Source of the DNA: an uncultured Actinomycetota bacterium
GTDB lineage: Bacteria; Actinomycetota; Actinomycetes; Streptosporangiales; Streptosporangiaceae
Assembly (NCBI GenBank): GCA_963804435.1
Contig: CAWDQI010000002.1
Span: 17,196 to 81,195, forward strand
Length of the DNA stretch: 64,000 nt
Direction of reading: 5' to 3'
The position numbers and the translations under genes were made by a program. The notes beneath the pieces are model-generated. The model saw only the letters and a program-made list of their open reading frames with translations, had not been told where the DNA came from and ran no database searches. Below, piece by piece: positions 1 through 11,326 of the stretch (position 1 is the stretch's first letter; each line of letters begins with the position of its first letter).

Positions 1-465
1 TCGTCGCCGCGCCAGTAGGCGCCCGCGACGCGCAGGAGCTTGAACGCCTTCAGGTCGCGGGTCGAGCGCACGTGAGGTCCTCGGCAGAGGTCCAGGAAAT
101 CGCCGGTCCGGTAAACGCTGACCTCGTCGCCCTCGACCTTGTCCGCGATGAGCTCCAGCTTGTAGTCCTGGCCTCGCTTGCGAAACTCGTCCATCGCCTG
201 CGCCCGGGTCAGCGTCTCGTGGACGAAAGGCCGGTCCTCGTTGACGATGCGGCGCATGCGCGACTCGATGGCGCCGAGGTCCGACTCCGAGATCGGTTTG
301 CTGAACTGAAAGTCGTAGTAGAAGCCGTCCTGCACCGGCGGGCCGATGCCGTACTTCGCGTCCGGGTACAGCTCCATGACGGCCGCGGCGAGCAGGTGCG
401 CGGCTCGAATGCCGCAGGACCTGCAGCGGATCGTCGGTCGCCTCGTGCTCGCCGTAGTCGCTCAT
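1..465 (-). pseudogene. thrS: threonyl-tRNA synthetase, N-terminal part (continues beyond window start); one frameshift near 401; no TGS domain encoded
   Basis: Manual minus-strand translation: MSDYGEHEATDDPLQVLRHSS/AHLLAAAVMELYPDAKYGIGPPVQDGFYYDF...GDFLDLCRGPHVRSTRDLKAFKLLRVAGAYWRGD. It carries the HxxxH editing motif and the DLCRGPH block of ThrRS. An extra base near 401 breaks the frame, so the ORF track has no entry here. Confidence 0.8.
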
Positions 466-490
466 CGGGTCGTCAGTATATGAGAGCCCC

Positions 491-1083
491 GTGAATCCGC
501 AACTGCGATCGTCGATGCGCTCGGTTATCCCGCGGCGGGGCTTGGCATCCTCATCGAAAGCTCGGGCATTCCATTTCCCGGTGAGGTGCTTCTCCTTGCC
601 GCGGCCGCCTGGGCGGCGGCCCGTCACCATTCGATCTTCCTGGTGATCCTCTTCGGCTTCCTCGGCGCGACAGCAGGCGCCGACATCGGCTACCTCCTTG
701 GTTTCAAAGGCGGACGGCCATTCGTCGAGCGGTTCGGCAGCATCTTCCGCATCCGGCCCGAGCACATCGCGCGTTCGGAGCTCTTCTTCGCGCGCCACGG
801 CGACAAGGCGGTCCTCGCCGCGCGCTTCGTGCTCGGCCTGCGCACCTGGGGATCGATGCTCGCGGGCATGGCACGCATGCCGTTCTGGCGCTTCCAGCTG
901 TTCAGCGCGCTCGGAGGCCTCGCCTGGGCGACCGTCGTCGGCCTCGCCGGCTACCTCCTCGGAAGCAACCTGCCGCTGCTCGAGACGATCATTCGGGATA
1001 TTGGACTGGGTGGTCTGGCTCTGGTGGTGCTTTTGGCGGTGGTGCTGATCCTGGCTGCCCGCCGCGTCGAGAGGCAACGATGA
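491..1083 (+). CDS. DedA family membrane protein (5' end uncertain, probable indel near 500)
   Basis: ORF 586..1083. In-frame conserved residues extend upstream to 484 (IVDALGYPAAGLGILIESSGIPFPGEVLLL) with no start codon. A GTG at 491 lies in another frame. DedA-like GYxxG and multi-TM pattern. Confidence 0.65.
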
Positions 1084-2353
1084 TCCCCACGCCACCCGCG
1101 CCCAGGAGCGCCCCCAGGCCGCCGATCACGTGCGCGGTCCCGATGGTGTCGGACAGGGCGGCGGCGATCAGGACCGGCACGGCCGTGACTCCGTTGATGA
1201 CCATGTAGAGCAGCGAGAAGATCCGGCCGCGGATCTCGTCGCTGGTCGACTCCATCAGGTAGGTGACGGCCGGGATCATGATCGCCCCGAACTCGACGCC
1301 GAGCAGGAAGCTGAAAGCCGCGGACGTGATGCGGTTGTGCACCTGCAGGGCGGGAAATTGGGCCATCGCCTCGGGCACGGCGGCGAGCGCAAGCAGCGTC
1401 ACGCCGTTGGCGACGAGCGAACCGGCCAGCACGCGGGCCCGGTCCAGGTTGCGCAGGAACTGGCCGAGCAGCAGAGCGCTGAGAATCGCTCCCCCGGTCG
1501 CAGGCGCCAGGATCACGTAGGTGTCCTGGGCGTTGATGCCCAGCACCTTGCTCACATACGCGGGCGCCAGCGCGAAGAGCATGAACAGCACCAGCACCGC
1601 GATGCTCACCTGCCCGAACGCGAGCATCAGGCCGCGCGATGCGCGCAGGGCGTCGATCCCTTCCTTGATGTCGACGACCATGATGTGGAACCGGTTGCGG
1701 CTGTCCTCGACGGGGGATTCGGTGGTCGGCTGAAGGTGCGGGATGTCCGACGCGAAGATCAGCGTCCCGCCGATGAGCAGCAGCACGACCGCGCACCAGT
1801 AGGGCGCATAAAGGTCGATCCTCGAGACCACCGGGGCCAGCGCTCCGCCGACGACGAGGGTCAGGACCATGGTCAAAAGAGCCATCGAGTTGGCGGTGAT
1901 GAGGGCCGAGCGCGGGAGGATGGTCGGGATGACCGCCGCTTCGGCGGGCCCGAACAGCTGGCCGACCGCGGAGAAGACGAGGGTGATGATCAGCAGATGG
2001 GCGAAGTCGCCGGCGAGACCCGGTACGAGGGCGGCGATCGGGATGAGCGCCACCACGGCCGCGCGGCCGAAGTTGCACCACATCATGATCTGCTTGCGAT
2101 CCATCCGATCCGCGATGACGCCGGCCGGCGGCGCGAACAACACCGCGGGGACGGTGTAGGTGAGGAGCGTGATCGCCACCGGCGTGCTGCCGCCTGAGAT
2201 GTGGTACGCGAGGATGATCAGCGAGAAGAGCAGGAACTTGTCCGCGAGCTGAGCGGCGAGCTGTGCGAACCAGATGTTCCTGAACGCGGTGTGGCGCAGG
2301 ACCGATCGGAAACCGCCCGTGCCTTCGACCGGAAACCGGATTGGCTGCTCCAC
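989..2353 (-). CDS. MFS transporter (EntS/MFS_3-like)
   Basis: Intact 454-aa ORF with about 12 hydrophobic segments and an RNIWFAQLAAQLADKF N-terminus typical of MFS_3. Its 3' end overlaps dedA by about 95 nt, so the C-terminus may be frame-corrupted. Confidence 0.7.
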   Translation of the reverse strand: MEQPIRFPVEGTGGFRSVLRHTAFRNIWFAQLAAQLADKFLLFSLIILAYHISGGSTPVAITLLTYTVPAVLFAPPAGVIADRMDRKQIMMWCNFGRAAVVALIPIAALVPGLAGDFAHLLIITLVFSAVGQLFGPAEAAVIPTILPRSALITANSMALLTMVLTLVVGGALAPVVSRIDLYAPYWCAVVLLLIGGTLIFASDIPHLQPTTESPVEDSRNRFHIMVVDIKEGIDALRASRGLMLAFGQVSIAVLVLFMLFALAPAYVSKVLGINAQDTYVILAPATGGAILSALLLGQFLRNLDRARVLAGSLVANGVTLLALAAVPEAMAQFPALQVHNRITSAAFSFLLGVEFGAIMIPAVTYLMESTSDEIRGRIFSLLYMVINGVTAVPVLIAAALSDTIGTAHVIGGLGALLGAGGVGIIVASRRGGQPGSAPPPKAPPEPDHPVQYPE

Positions 2354-2364
2354 CGGCGCTAGAG

Positions 2365-3240
2365 ATTAGCCTCCGGGACTCTCGAAACTCTTCATAAAGC
2401 GCCTCCCACTCGCCCAGGCTGAGTGTCTGCGGACGCCGTTCGGGATCGATCCCGACCTCACGAAGACGCGCGCCCGCTGCGGTGCTGCCGATGCCGCTGA
2501 TCCGGCCCAACGTTCCACCGAGCTGCTTCCGGCGGCCCTGGAAGACCGCCTCGACGAAGCGGAAGAAAGCCTGGATGATCTTCGACGTCAACCGCCGGGC
2601 GCTCGCGCACATCGAGGCGCACGAGCGCCGAATCCACGCGTGGCGCAGGGGTGAACGCTGCCGCAGGGATCGTTGAAAAGGAGCCGGGCCTCGGCGAACA
2701 CCTGCACGGCGACAGTGGCAAGGCTCGCACCGCTGGACGCCGTCCAGCGCTCGGCCACCTCCTTTTGCACGACCAGCGAGAGCCGTCTCGGGCGGGGTGG
2801 ATCGTCGAGGAGCTTCCGGATCAACGCGCCGGTGAGGTTGTAGGGGATGTTGCCCGCCACGATCTCATTGCCATTCGGGAATGCAGAGCGGACGTTGAAC
2901 CGCAGGATGTCGGTGCGCACCACCTCCACGTTCTCGATGCCGGCAAGCGATTCCCGCAGCGCCGGGATCAGGCGTCCATCGAGCTCGACCGCCACCACGC
3001 GGCGGCATCGAGGCGCGAGCGCAACCGTCAGGGTTCCGACGCCCGCGCCCACCTCGAGCACCTCGTCTCCGGTGAGAGCCCGGCGTGTTCAGCTATGGCG
3101 TCCCGCAGGCTCGGGTCGGTGAGGAAGTTCTGGCCAAGCGAGTGCTTCAGGTCGATGCGGTGCCGGCGGAGCAGCTGGTCGAGCTGATGGGCGTCGGCCG
3201 GGTCGATCACTTCATCTTGCGAAAGAGCGGCGTAGCGCAT
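2365..3240 (-). pseudogene. rsmA: 16S rRNA (adenine1518/1519-N6)-dimethyltransferase RsmA/KsgA, at least 3 frameshifts
   Basis: Fragments in ORFs 3028..3240 (KHSLGQNFLTDP), 2588..3061 (LEVGAGVGTLT...AGNIPYNLT), 2458..2730 and the tail of 951..2612 (FQGRRKQLGG...LSLGEWEALYEEF). Boundaries are approximate. Confidence 0.8.
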
Positions 3241-3988
3241 TCACCTTTTCTTGTTCCGCGAGCTCGCTCATGGCTCAGTCCGCGCAGCTCGGCGACAACC
3301 TCTGCGGTGTCGAGCAGGTATTCGGGGCGGTTCGGGTACGCCCATTCGCTTCTGTGCGTTTCCGTAGGGCGAGTCGGTCTCGAGCAGCAGCCGGTCGGCT
3401 GGGCATCGTTTGACGACGTCCCGCAGCGCGGTGCGGCTCGGCCTCGTGATCAACCCGGCGAAAGACAGGTAGAACCCAAGGTCCAGGAAGCGCTCCGCCC
3501 AGTCCCACTCGAGGGCGAAGTAGTGCATGACGCCCCGCAGCCCTCGATGCCTGGAGATCGCGTCGGCGACCTCGGCATCGGCGCCACGGTTGTGGACCGA
3601 AACCGGGAGGTCGAGCTCGAGCGCGAGGTTGAACATCTCGTCGAGCCGTGTCCCTCTGTACCCCGTGGTCGGGACCCGCCGACGTGCTCGAAGTCGAGGC
3701 CGATCTCCCCGATGGCGACGACCATCTGGTCCGCCGCAAGCTCGCGGAGCGCGTAGATGTCTGGGGCGGACTCCTCGAGCGGATAGTGCCCGATGCCGGC
3801 CCAAACCTCCTGGAAGCGGTTTGACAGCGAGACGGCGCCACGGCTTCGCGTCAAGGTCTGTCCCCATCGCGATCAGTCGCGTAACGCCCGCGCCGACCGC
3901 GCGCTCGACCACCTCGGTTCGGCTCGCCCAGCTCCTCGAGGTGGAGGTGAGTGTCTACGAAGATGGCCAGCTTCCTCTTCGACCACAT
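3215..3988 (-). pseudogene. tatD: TatD family metal-dependent DNase/hydrolase, multiple frameshifts
   Basis: Pieces: [20 protein letters not shown] (ATG at 3988), AIGEIGLDF, LELDLPVSVHNRGA, GVMHYF, LLLETDSPY. They are spread over ORFs 3851..4552, 3450..3854 and 3268..3912. The 3' end is approximate. Confidence 0.75.
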
Positions 3989-5713
3989 CGTCGAGACGCT
4001 TGAACAGCGCCTCGGGCACGGGCAGCTTGCGACCGGCCGGGAGCGAGGACGGCTTCCAGCGATCTCTCGCTCGAGTAGTCGCCGGTCAGCACCGAGTGCG
4101 ATGCACCGTCCTCGACGACCTCGCGCACCTCGGGCTGCTCGGCGATCACGTCCTCGTAACCGAGCATCCGGTGCAGCTTCTGAGAGGAGAAGGGGAGGAA
4201 CGGCGTGAACATCAACTTGAGGTTGTCGACGCAGCGCAGCGCGACGTAGAGCACGGTGCCGGCCCGTTCCCGATCGGTCTTGATCGTGTGCCATGGCTGC
4301 TCGGTTCCGAGGTACACGTTGACCTTCGCAGCCATCGTCATCGCGCTCTTGAGAGCGATCTGAAAACGTGCCTGGCCGAGCTGCAAGGCGACCTGGTCCA
4401 GCGCGTCCTCCACGTCTTTGATCAGCGTCTTGTCGGGATCCGTCAGCGTTCCCGGTTCGGGCACCGACGCCGAAGTTCCTGTGCGCGTTGACGAGCGTCC
4501 GGTGCACAAGGTTGCCCCACGTGGCGACCAGCTCGTCGTTGTTGCGCCGCACGAACTCCGCCCAGGTGAAGTCGGTGTCCTGGTTCTCCGGGCCCGGCGA
4601 TCATCAGGTAGTAGCGCAGCGCGTCCGCGTCGTACCGATCCAGCACGTCCTTCACATAGATGACCTGGCCGCGACTGGTCGAGAGCTTCTTGCCCTCCAT
4701 GTGCAGGTGCTCGCTGGCGACGATGTCGTCGGGCAGCTCGTATCTCTGCTGCCCGTCGCTGACGCCCATGAGGATGGACGGCCACATCACGGTGTGGAAA
4801 GTGATGTTGTCCTTGCCCATCACGTAGTAGTGCCACGACGGCGGGGTTGAGCCACCAGTCTTTCCAGGCGTCAGGCTCGCCGCGCTCGACAGCCCACTCG
4901 ATCGAAGCCGACAGGTAGCCGATGACCGCGTCGAACCAGACGTAGATCTTCTTGTGCGGGTTGTCCTCCCAACCCGGGAGCGGCACCGGGACGCCCCAGT
5001 CGAGGTCGCGCGTGATGGCGCGCCGCTTGAGGTTTCGCACGAACTCGAGCGAGTACTTGCGCACGTTCGGGCGCCAGTTGTCGTGCTGCTCGATCCAGTC
5101 CTTGAGCTGCTCGCCGAACGCTGGCAGGTCGAAGAAGAAATGCTCGGTCTCGCGAAACTCCACCGGCGCGTCGCTGCCTCGCTGGTGCGGCTTGATCAGG
5201 TCGATCGGGTCGAGCTGGTTGCCGCAGTTGTCGCACTGGTCGCCGCGCGCCTCGGCGTAACCGCAGATGGGGCACGTGCCCTCGATGTAGCGGTCGGGCA
5301 GAGTGCGGCCGCGACGCGGGATCGAAGGCTCCCATCTGCTTCTCTTTGACCAGGTAGCCCTTCTCGTAAAGGGTCAGGAACAGCTCTCTGCGTCGATGCG
5401 GTAGTGATTGGCCGTCGTGGTCCGCGTGAACACGTCGTAGGTCATGCCGAGACGGCGGAGGTCCTCGACGATCAACGCGTTGTTGCGGTCGGCGAACTCG
5501 CGTGGCGGAACGCCCTGCTTGTCGGCCTCATAAGTGATCGGCGTGCCGTGCTCGTCGGTCCCGCTGGCCATGAGCACGCGTGACCCGCGCAGGCGCTCGA
5601 AGCGAGCGAGCACGTCGGCGGGCACGGCGAAGCCGGCGACGTGGCCGATGTGACGCGGCCCGTTGGCATAAGGCCACGCGGGCGCAACCAGGACCGTTCT
5701 CTTCTGTCAGCAC
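3950..5713 (-). pseudogene. metG: methionyl-tRNA synthetase, multiple frameshifts
   Basis: N-terminus [21 protein letters not shown] (HIGH motif) and ORF 5374..5625. The zinc-knuckle region lies in the 5160-5300 frame. [10 protein letters not shown] (KMSKS-like) is in ORF 4443..4823. The anticodon-binding part is in ORF 3955..5163. Ends are approximate. Confidence 0.85.
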
Positions 5714-6381
5714 CGGAGATCACAAGGGTAATCTCGCCGCGGGGCGGGTCGGCCAGGGCCGCCAGCACCTCGGCCGCGGTGCCGCGCAGCAACTGCTCGT
5801 GAAGCTTGGTCAGCTCGCGCGCCAGGGTGAGGTGGCGTTCGGGCATGACCTCCGCGAAGATCGCGAGCGATTTCCGGATCCGATACGGCGAATCGAAAGC
5901 GACCGCAGGCCGCGGATCACCGTCCAGCGTTGCGAGCAGCCGGCGGATTTCGCCCGGCTTGCGCGGCAGGTAGCCGAGGAACGTGAAGCCTGGACCGCCG
6001 TATCCCGCGGCCGATAGCGCGGCGGTGACAGAGCTCGGCCCGGGGATTGGAACCACCGTGTGCCCCGCCGCCCACGCCGCGGTCACCAGCGCCTGCCCAG
6101 GATCCGAGAGCGTGGGCGTGCCCGGCGTCGCTCACGAGCGCGACGTCGTGCTGGTCGAGCTCCGCCATGACGCGCGGAAGTCCGCGCCGCTCCACCGGGG
6201 CGCGATAGCTGATGAACGGCTTGCGGATGCCGTGGCGCGCGAGCAGCCGTGCGGTGACGCGGGTGTCCTCCGCGGCGATCGCACCGACCTCACCGAGGAT
6301 TCGAAGGGCCCGCGGGCTGACATCCTCGAGGTTGCCGATCGGAGTCGCGACACAAACAAGCGACTCAAGCTCCGATCGCAA
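5700..6381 (-). pseudogene. rsmI: 16S rRNA (cytidine1402-2'-O)-methyltransferase RsmI, frameshifted
   Basis: LVCVATPIGNLEDVSPRALRILGEVGAIAAEDTR in the frame of ORF 5917..7473, continued by ORF 5472..6086 (VVPIPGPSSVTAALSAAGY...LARELTKLHE). TTG start at 6381. The stop region is corrupted. Confidence 0.8.
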
Positions 6382-6389
6382 CCACTCCC

Positions 6390-9138
6390 CGACCCTGGTC
6401 CGGCGATCTCTGCCGCGGGTCCCACGAATCGCGAGGCGGGCGGCAGCACGTCGAGGAAGGCCTTCCCGTAGTCTCGCCCGAGGATCCGGTTGTCGAGGAT
6501 CACGACCGCGCCGCGGTCGGTCGAGCGCCGGATCAGCCGGCCGAAGCCCTGCTTCAACCTCAGCGCCGCCTGCGGAAGCGCGAGCTGGGCGAACCCGTCG
6601 CGGACCTGCTCGGCGCGCGCCGCGTAGACGGGTTCCGACGGCACCGGGAAAGGCAGGCGGACCATGATCACGCAGCTCAACCTTTCGCCCGGCACGTCGA
6701 TGCCTTCCCAGAAGCTCGCGGTGCCGAGCAGCAGCGGGCGCTCGGCTTCCTCGAACGACTTCAAGACCTGGCGCCGCTGGCCGTCGATCCCCTGGCCGAG
6801 GATCAGCACCTCGTCGAGGTCGACACGGTGCTTCAGGGCGGCGTGAACGTCGCGGAGCTGGCGGTGCGAGGTGAACAGCACCAGCGTGCGGCCGCCGACG
6901 CGGCGAGCGACGGAGGCGACGACCTCCTCGACCTGCTGGTCGAAGGTCCTCGTGCTCGGGCGCGGGAAAGTCCGTCGGGCAGGCAGACAGCGCCTGGTGG
7001 AGGAAGTCGAAGGGCGATGGCAGGATCAGCTCTTCGATCACCCGGGCCGAGGCCGACTCGCGAGCGGAAGTAGTCGAACGTGCCGCCCACCGCCAGCGTC
7101 GCGGACGTGAACACGGTGGATCGCCGGTCGGCGTACACGCGCTCGCGCAGCAGCGAGCCGACGTTGATGGGCGCCGCGCGCAGGACCAGGTTCTCAGTGC
7201 GCGCGACCAGCGTGAACCAGTAGACGCGGTTGGGATCGGGGCTCGCGCAGCGCCTCGTCGATCAGCGCGGCAGCGGCCTCGAGCCGGCCGCGGATGATCT
7301 CCAGCTCGCGGATGCCCTGGTCGGGCTCGGCGCCGCCAAGCCAGTCGCGGACGCCGGCGACAGCCTGGCGCAGACCATCGTCGAGCGCTGCCAGCGAGGT
7401 CACGGCGTTCTCGGCGGCGACGCTCATCGCACGGCCACGCCTCGTCTTCACGAAGCGCCGGCGTGAGCCGCACCGAATCGTCCCTGCGCTCGGTCGTCGG
7501 ACAGCTTCGCGCCCACCCATCGCGTCGCCAGGTCGAAGAAGCTCGCGCACCCGCTCGCCGCCGACGAGGCTCATCGGTATCGCCTTCGCGAATGCGTCAT
7601 CCGAGGCGCCGAGATGCGGCTGTCTCCGCAGCTCGGCCAGCAGGCCGCGAGGACGCTCGCGCGCCCCCGGGCTGGCGAGCCGCTCGACGAGCGCCAGCAG
7701 TCCTGGGCCGTCGACCTCCTGGCGCAGGCCCCGGGTCGCCGCGTCCTCGAGGTGGTGGGCTTCATCGACGACGAGGTGGTCGAAGTCGGGCAGCAGCCCG
7801 CCCCCCACCTCGGCGTCGGCAAGCAGCAGGGCGTGGTTGATCACGACGAGGTCCGACGCCTCGGCTTCGGCGCGCGCGCGGTGGACGTAGCAGTCCTCTT
7901 TCGTGCAGTGAATCCCGACGCAGTCGAGCGGGTCCGACGCGATGCGCGCCCACAGGACCTCCTCCCGCCCGTGGAGGCGCAGCTCGGAGCGATCGCCGCT
8001 CGAGGTTGTGTGCAGCCAGAGCAGAACCTTGAGCTTGAACTTCAGCTCGTCGGAATCCTTGCAGGGCTCGGCGAGGAACCTGCGCCAGCGCCGCAGCGAC
8101 ACGTAGTTGGACCGCCCCTTGAGCAGGCAAGCCTTGAAGTCCCACGGCAGCCAGTCGCGCAGCCCTGGGAGGTCTTTGGTCATGAGCTGCTCCTGGAGCG
8201 TGTGCGTGTTCGTCGAGACCACGACTCGTTCGCCGTGCCGCACAGCGCGAGCGATCGACGGCACGAGGTACGCGAGGCTCTTGCCTGTGCCGGTCCCCGC
8301 CTCGACCACCAGCGCGCCGCCGCGAGCCTGGATCTGCGCGACCGCCAGGAGCATCTGGAGCTGAGGCTCGCGGTGCTCGTAGCCGGGGAGTACGCCGGCG
8401 AGCGGCCCCTCGGGGCCAAGCAGAGCCGCCACGCAGCGCCCGGGTCGTCAGGCGGGGACTCGCGCGAGCGGCCGCGCACCGAGTCGACCACGTCGCCTGA
8501 CGGGGCGTCGGGGTCGGGGTTCGGATGCGGTCAGCGCGTCCGCGAAGAAGCGCGCGATCGACCACTCGTACGGCGCCACCAGGGCCAGCATCGATTCCTT
8601 CAGTGACTCGTCGAGGACCGCGGCCTCGTCCCGCAGCCTCAGGAGAAGCTGGCGGGTGGCGTCGGCGTCGTCCAGCGCGCGATGGGGTCGCGGCTGGTTG
8701 AAGCCCATCTCGGTCGCGAGCAGCGGCAGGCTGTGGCTCGCGCGCCGACGGCAGGAGGATGCGGGCCACGTCCAGGGTGTCGAGGATCTCGGTCGACGGG
8801 TCCCACAGCCCGGCGGCAGCCAGGAAGTCGACGTCGAGCCGAGCTCCGTGCCCGACCGGCTGGCGGCCGCGCAGGAAGTCGGCCAGCTCGCGCAACGCGG
8901 AATCGGGACTCGCCGCGCCGCGCAGCTCCTCCTGCTTGATCCCGGTCAGCCTGAGCACCGTTTCAGGCACTGCGCGGCCCGGATCCACGAGGCGTTCGAG
9001 GGTGGTCGTGACGCGCTCAGGGGTGAAGGCGACCGCGCCCACCTCGATCACTCGATCTCGCGCCGGGTCGAGACCGGTCGTCTCGAGATCGAGGGCTGCG
9101 TATTCGGGCACCGGTCTCGGGATTCTACGATACGGCAT
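6390..9138 (-). pseudogene. dinG: DinG-family ATP-dependent helicase with N-terminal DnaQ-like 3'-5' exonuclease domain, at least 5 frameshifts
   Basis: N-terminus AALDLETTGLDPARDRVIEVGAV (ExoI) and HRALDDADAT (ExoIII). Helicase motifs VVEAGTGTGKSLAY and LVVDEAHHLE in ORF 7194..8432. C-terminal FTSATL in 6833..7138. GTASFWEGIDVPG in 6132..6881. Confidence 0.8.
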
Positions 9139-9159
9139 GTTCGAAGCGGGTGTTAAGCG

Positions 9160-10496
9160 GTGCGGCGGTTGCTATATTTGCGCCCGATGCAAACCGGGGC
9201 GATCGAGGCACCCAAGCGGCTGGAGGACCTTCACGTACGCCGTGACCTCGTCGCCAGCCTGCTGCTGCGGACCATCGCCTTCGCGGACCAGCTGAGCGGA
9301 GCGGCGATCGAGACCCGGCTCGGGCTGCCGTTCGAGACGCTCCAGCCGATCATCGAGGAGTTCCAGAAGTCACAGCTGATGGACACGATGGGCTTCTCCA
9401 ACGACCCTGGTGTCGAAGGCCGGCCGATCCCGGTGCGCATGAACTACGTCGTTTCGAGCGCGGGTCGCCAGCGCGCCGCGGAGATGTCCGCGGTTCAGAC
9501 GCGATACCTCGGACCGTGCCCGATCAACTTCGACGACTACCTTGCCCTCGTCCGCTCGCAGGTCACCGGCAAGGCCAACGTCACCGACTCCGCACTCAAG
9601 AAGGCGCTCGGAACGCTTGAGCTCGAGCAGCACGTGATCGACCAGATCGGCGGCGCCATGGTTTCGCGCGCCTCGCTATTCATCTTCGGCGCGCCCGGCA
9701 ACGGCAAGAGCACGATCACCGAGCGCATGGCGCTGCTGATGGGCGCCCCGATCGAGATCCCGCACGCGGTGGCGGTCGGCGACGAGATCATCCGGGTGAT
9801 CGACCCCGTCTATCACAAGATCGCCGAGGGCGAGCAGCCGATCGACCGGCGGCTGGTCAAGGTCGAGCGCCCGGTGGTGGTCGCCGGCGGCGAGCTCAAG
9901 CTCCAGCAGCTCGACCTCACGTACGACCCTCCAACCGCTACTACGAGGCCCCGCTGCAGTGGAAGGCCAACGCCGGGGTGTTCGTGATCGACGACTTCGG
10001 ACGGCAGGAGGTGCCGCCGATGCGGCTTCTCAACCGGTTCATCGTGCCGATGGAGAAGAAGGTCGACTACCTCGACCTCTCGGCGTCGGGGCGCAAGATC
10101 GAGCTGCCGTTCCTCTGCCAGGTCGTCTTCTCGACCAACCTCTCCCCGACCGAGCTCGTCGACGAGGCGTTCCTACGCCGCATGGCGTACAAGATCGGGG
10201 TCGGCAACCCGTCGCCCGAGGCGTTCGGCCGCATCCTCCGGTACGAGTGCGACCGGCAGGGCGTCGCGTTCGACGAGAAGGCGATCGGTTACCTGCTCAA
10301 CAACCTGTACGGAAAGAAGCCGCTGCGCGGCTCGCACCCTCGGGCGCTGATCGCGCGGCTGGTCGACCTCGCCAACTACCGGCAGGAGCCGCCGCGCCTG
10401 ACGCCGCAGACCTTGAAGGAGGCGTTCGACGCCTGCTTCAACCCGGCCCTGGGCAGCCTCACCGAAGACGACTGGGCCCGACCCGCGATCGGCTGA
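9160..10496 (+). pseudogene. AAA+ ATPase of unknown function with an uncharacterised N-terminal domain of about 170 aa; one frameshift near 9930
   Basis: ORFs 9160..9987 and 9978..10496 join if one C is restored in the run at about 9928-9932 (LTYDP/SNRYYEAPLQW). Walker A FGAPGNGKST, Walker B VFVIDDFGRQ, sensor-1-like VVFSTNL, DEAFLRRMAYKI. Confidence 0.7.
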
Positions 10497-10500
10497 AAAT

Positions 10501-10529
10501 ATGAGAAGGAACCGAGGGTTCCTTCTCAT
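10501..10529. terminator. perfect 13-bp stem / 3-nt loop hairpin between convergent genes
   Basis: atgagaaggaacc-gag-ggttccttctcat, read directly. It starts 5 nt after the AAA+ stop and lies 60 nt from the plsC-like stop. Confidence 0.6.
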
Positions 10530-10589
10530 GGCTCATCTTCCTGATGGATGGGATTTTCGAAAAGCTACGCCTTGCCACGATTGGCTGAC

Positions 10590-11326
10590 CTAAGAAACAA
10601 AGTCGCGGCGTGCGTAAAGCCCGCCGCCCAGGCCACGCGAGACTAGACCGGCTTCGTCACCCCCGCCAAGCTCGTCCGGAGACTCAAGGTCACTGAATAC
10701 TCCTCGCTGCTCGGGCGGAAGCAGCTCCGCGATCGCGACCATGATCGCGTCGGAGGCTTCGTCGTGCGAGACCCGGGAACCGTCGGCACGCTTGGTGAGG
10801 ACTACGAACGGCTTGCCGAAGGTGATCGTGACCCTGGTGCGCCGCGGCCATCTCGCCCCTTTGGGCAGGCACTCGCGAGTCCCGGTCAGACCGACTGGAA
10901 GGACAGGGCATCCAGCCTTTTGGGCGATGAAACCGGCACCCGGCTCCGGCTGCGCGAGAACCCCTGATTCGACTCGCGTCCCTTCCGGATAGATGATCAC
11001 CGAGTGGCCGGCCTTCAAGAGGTCGAACGTGCGCTTCGAGCGCAGCGCGGTCAGCGGTATGGCGGACGACGGGAAACGAGTGGTAGCTGCGATAGATGAA
11101 TGCGATCAACGGTTTCCGAAAGAACTCAGACTTCGCCATGCTCCACGTGTCGTTGCGCGGAACGAAGGCCGGCACCAGCGGCGGATCGAGGGTGGCCGAA
11201 TGGTTTGGGCAAATCAGCAGCGGGCCCGCTGCGCGGGACGTTCTCGACGCCGACCACCGTGAACAGGCCGACCAGGTAGACGGCTACCAAGGTGCGCATC
11301 AGCGCACGCATCAGCCCGTAAATCAT
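10590..11326 (-). pseudogene. 1-acyl-sn-glycerol-3-phosphate acyltransferase-like (PlsC family), about 3 frameshifts
   Basis: MIYGLMRALMRTLVAVYLVG...ENVP, NHSATLDPP-like region in a shifted frame, SEFFRKPLIAFIYRSYHSFPV, and GHSVIIYPEGTR in ORF 10590..11018. Its ATG overlaps the cmk stop (ATGA). Confidence 0.7.

Noticed and set aside
989-1083. 95-nt convergent overlap of dedA and the MFS gene as a regulatory antisense arrangement
   Set aside because: In a region with a frameshift roughly every 500 bp, an artefactually extended C-terminus of one gene is the simpler explanation.
951-2612. 553-aa ORF on the minus strand, with similar long ORFs at 1130..2197 (+), 5917..7473 (-), 7614..8606 (+), 14618..15607 (+), 15276..16250 (-), 27507..28652 (+), 47992..49362 (-), 54087..55247 (-), 57351..58565 (-) and others
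   Set aside because: Their Arg/Pro/Gly/Ala-rich, motif-free translations overlap clearly identified genes in another frame or on the other strand. These are typical spurious open frames of high-GC DNA. Some only contain short true-gene fragments because of frameshifts.
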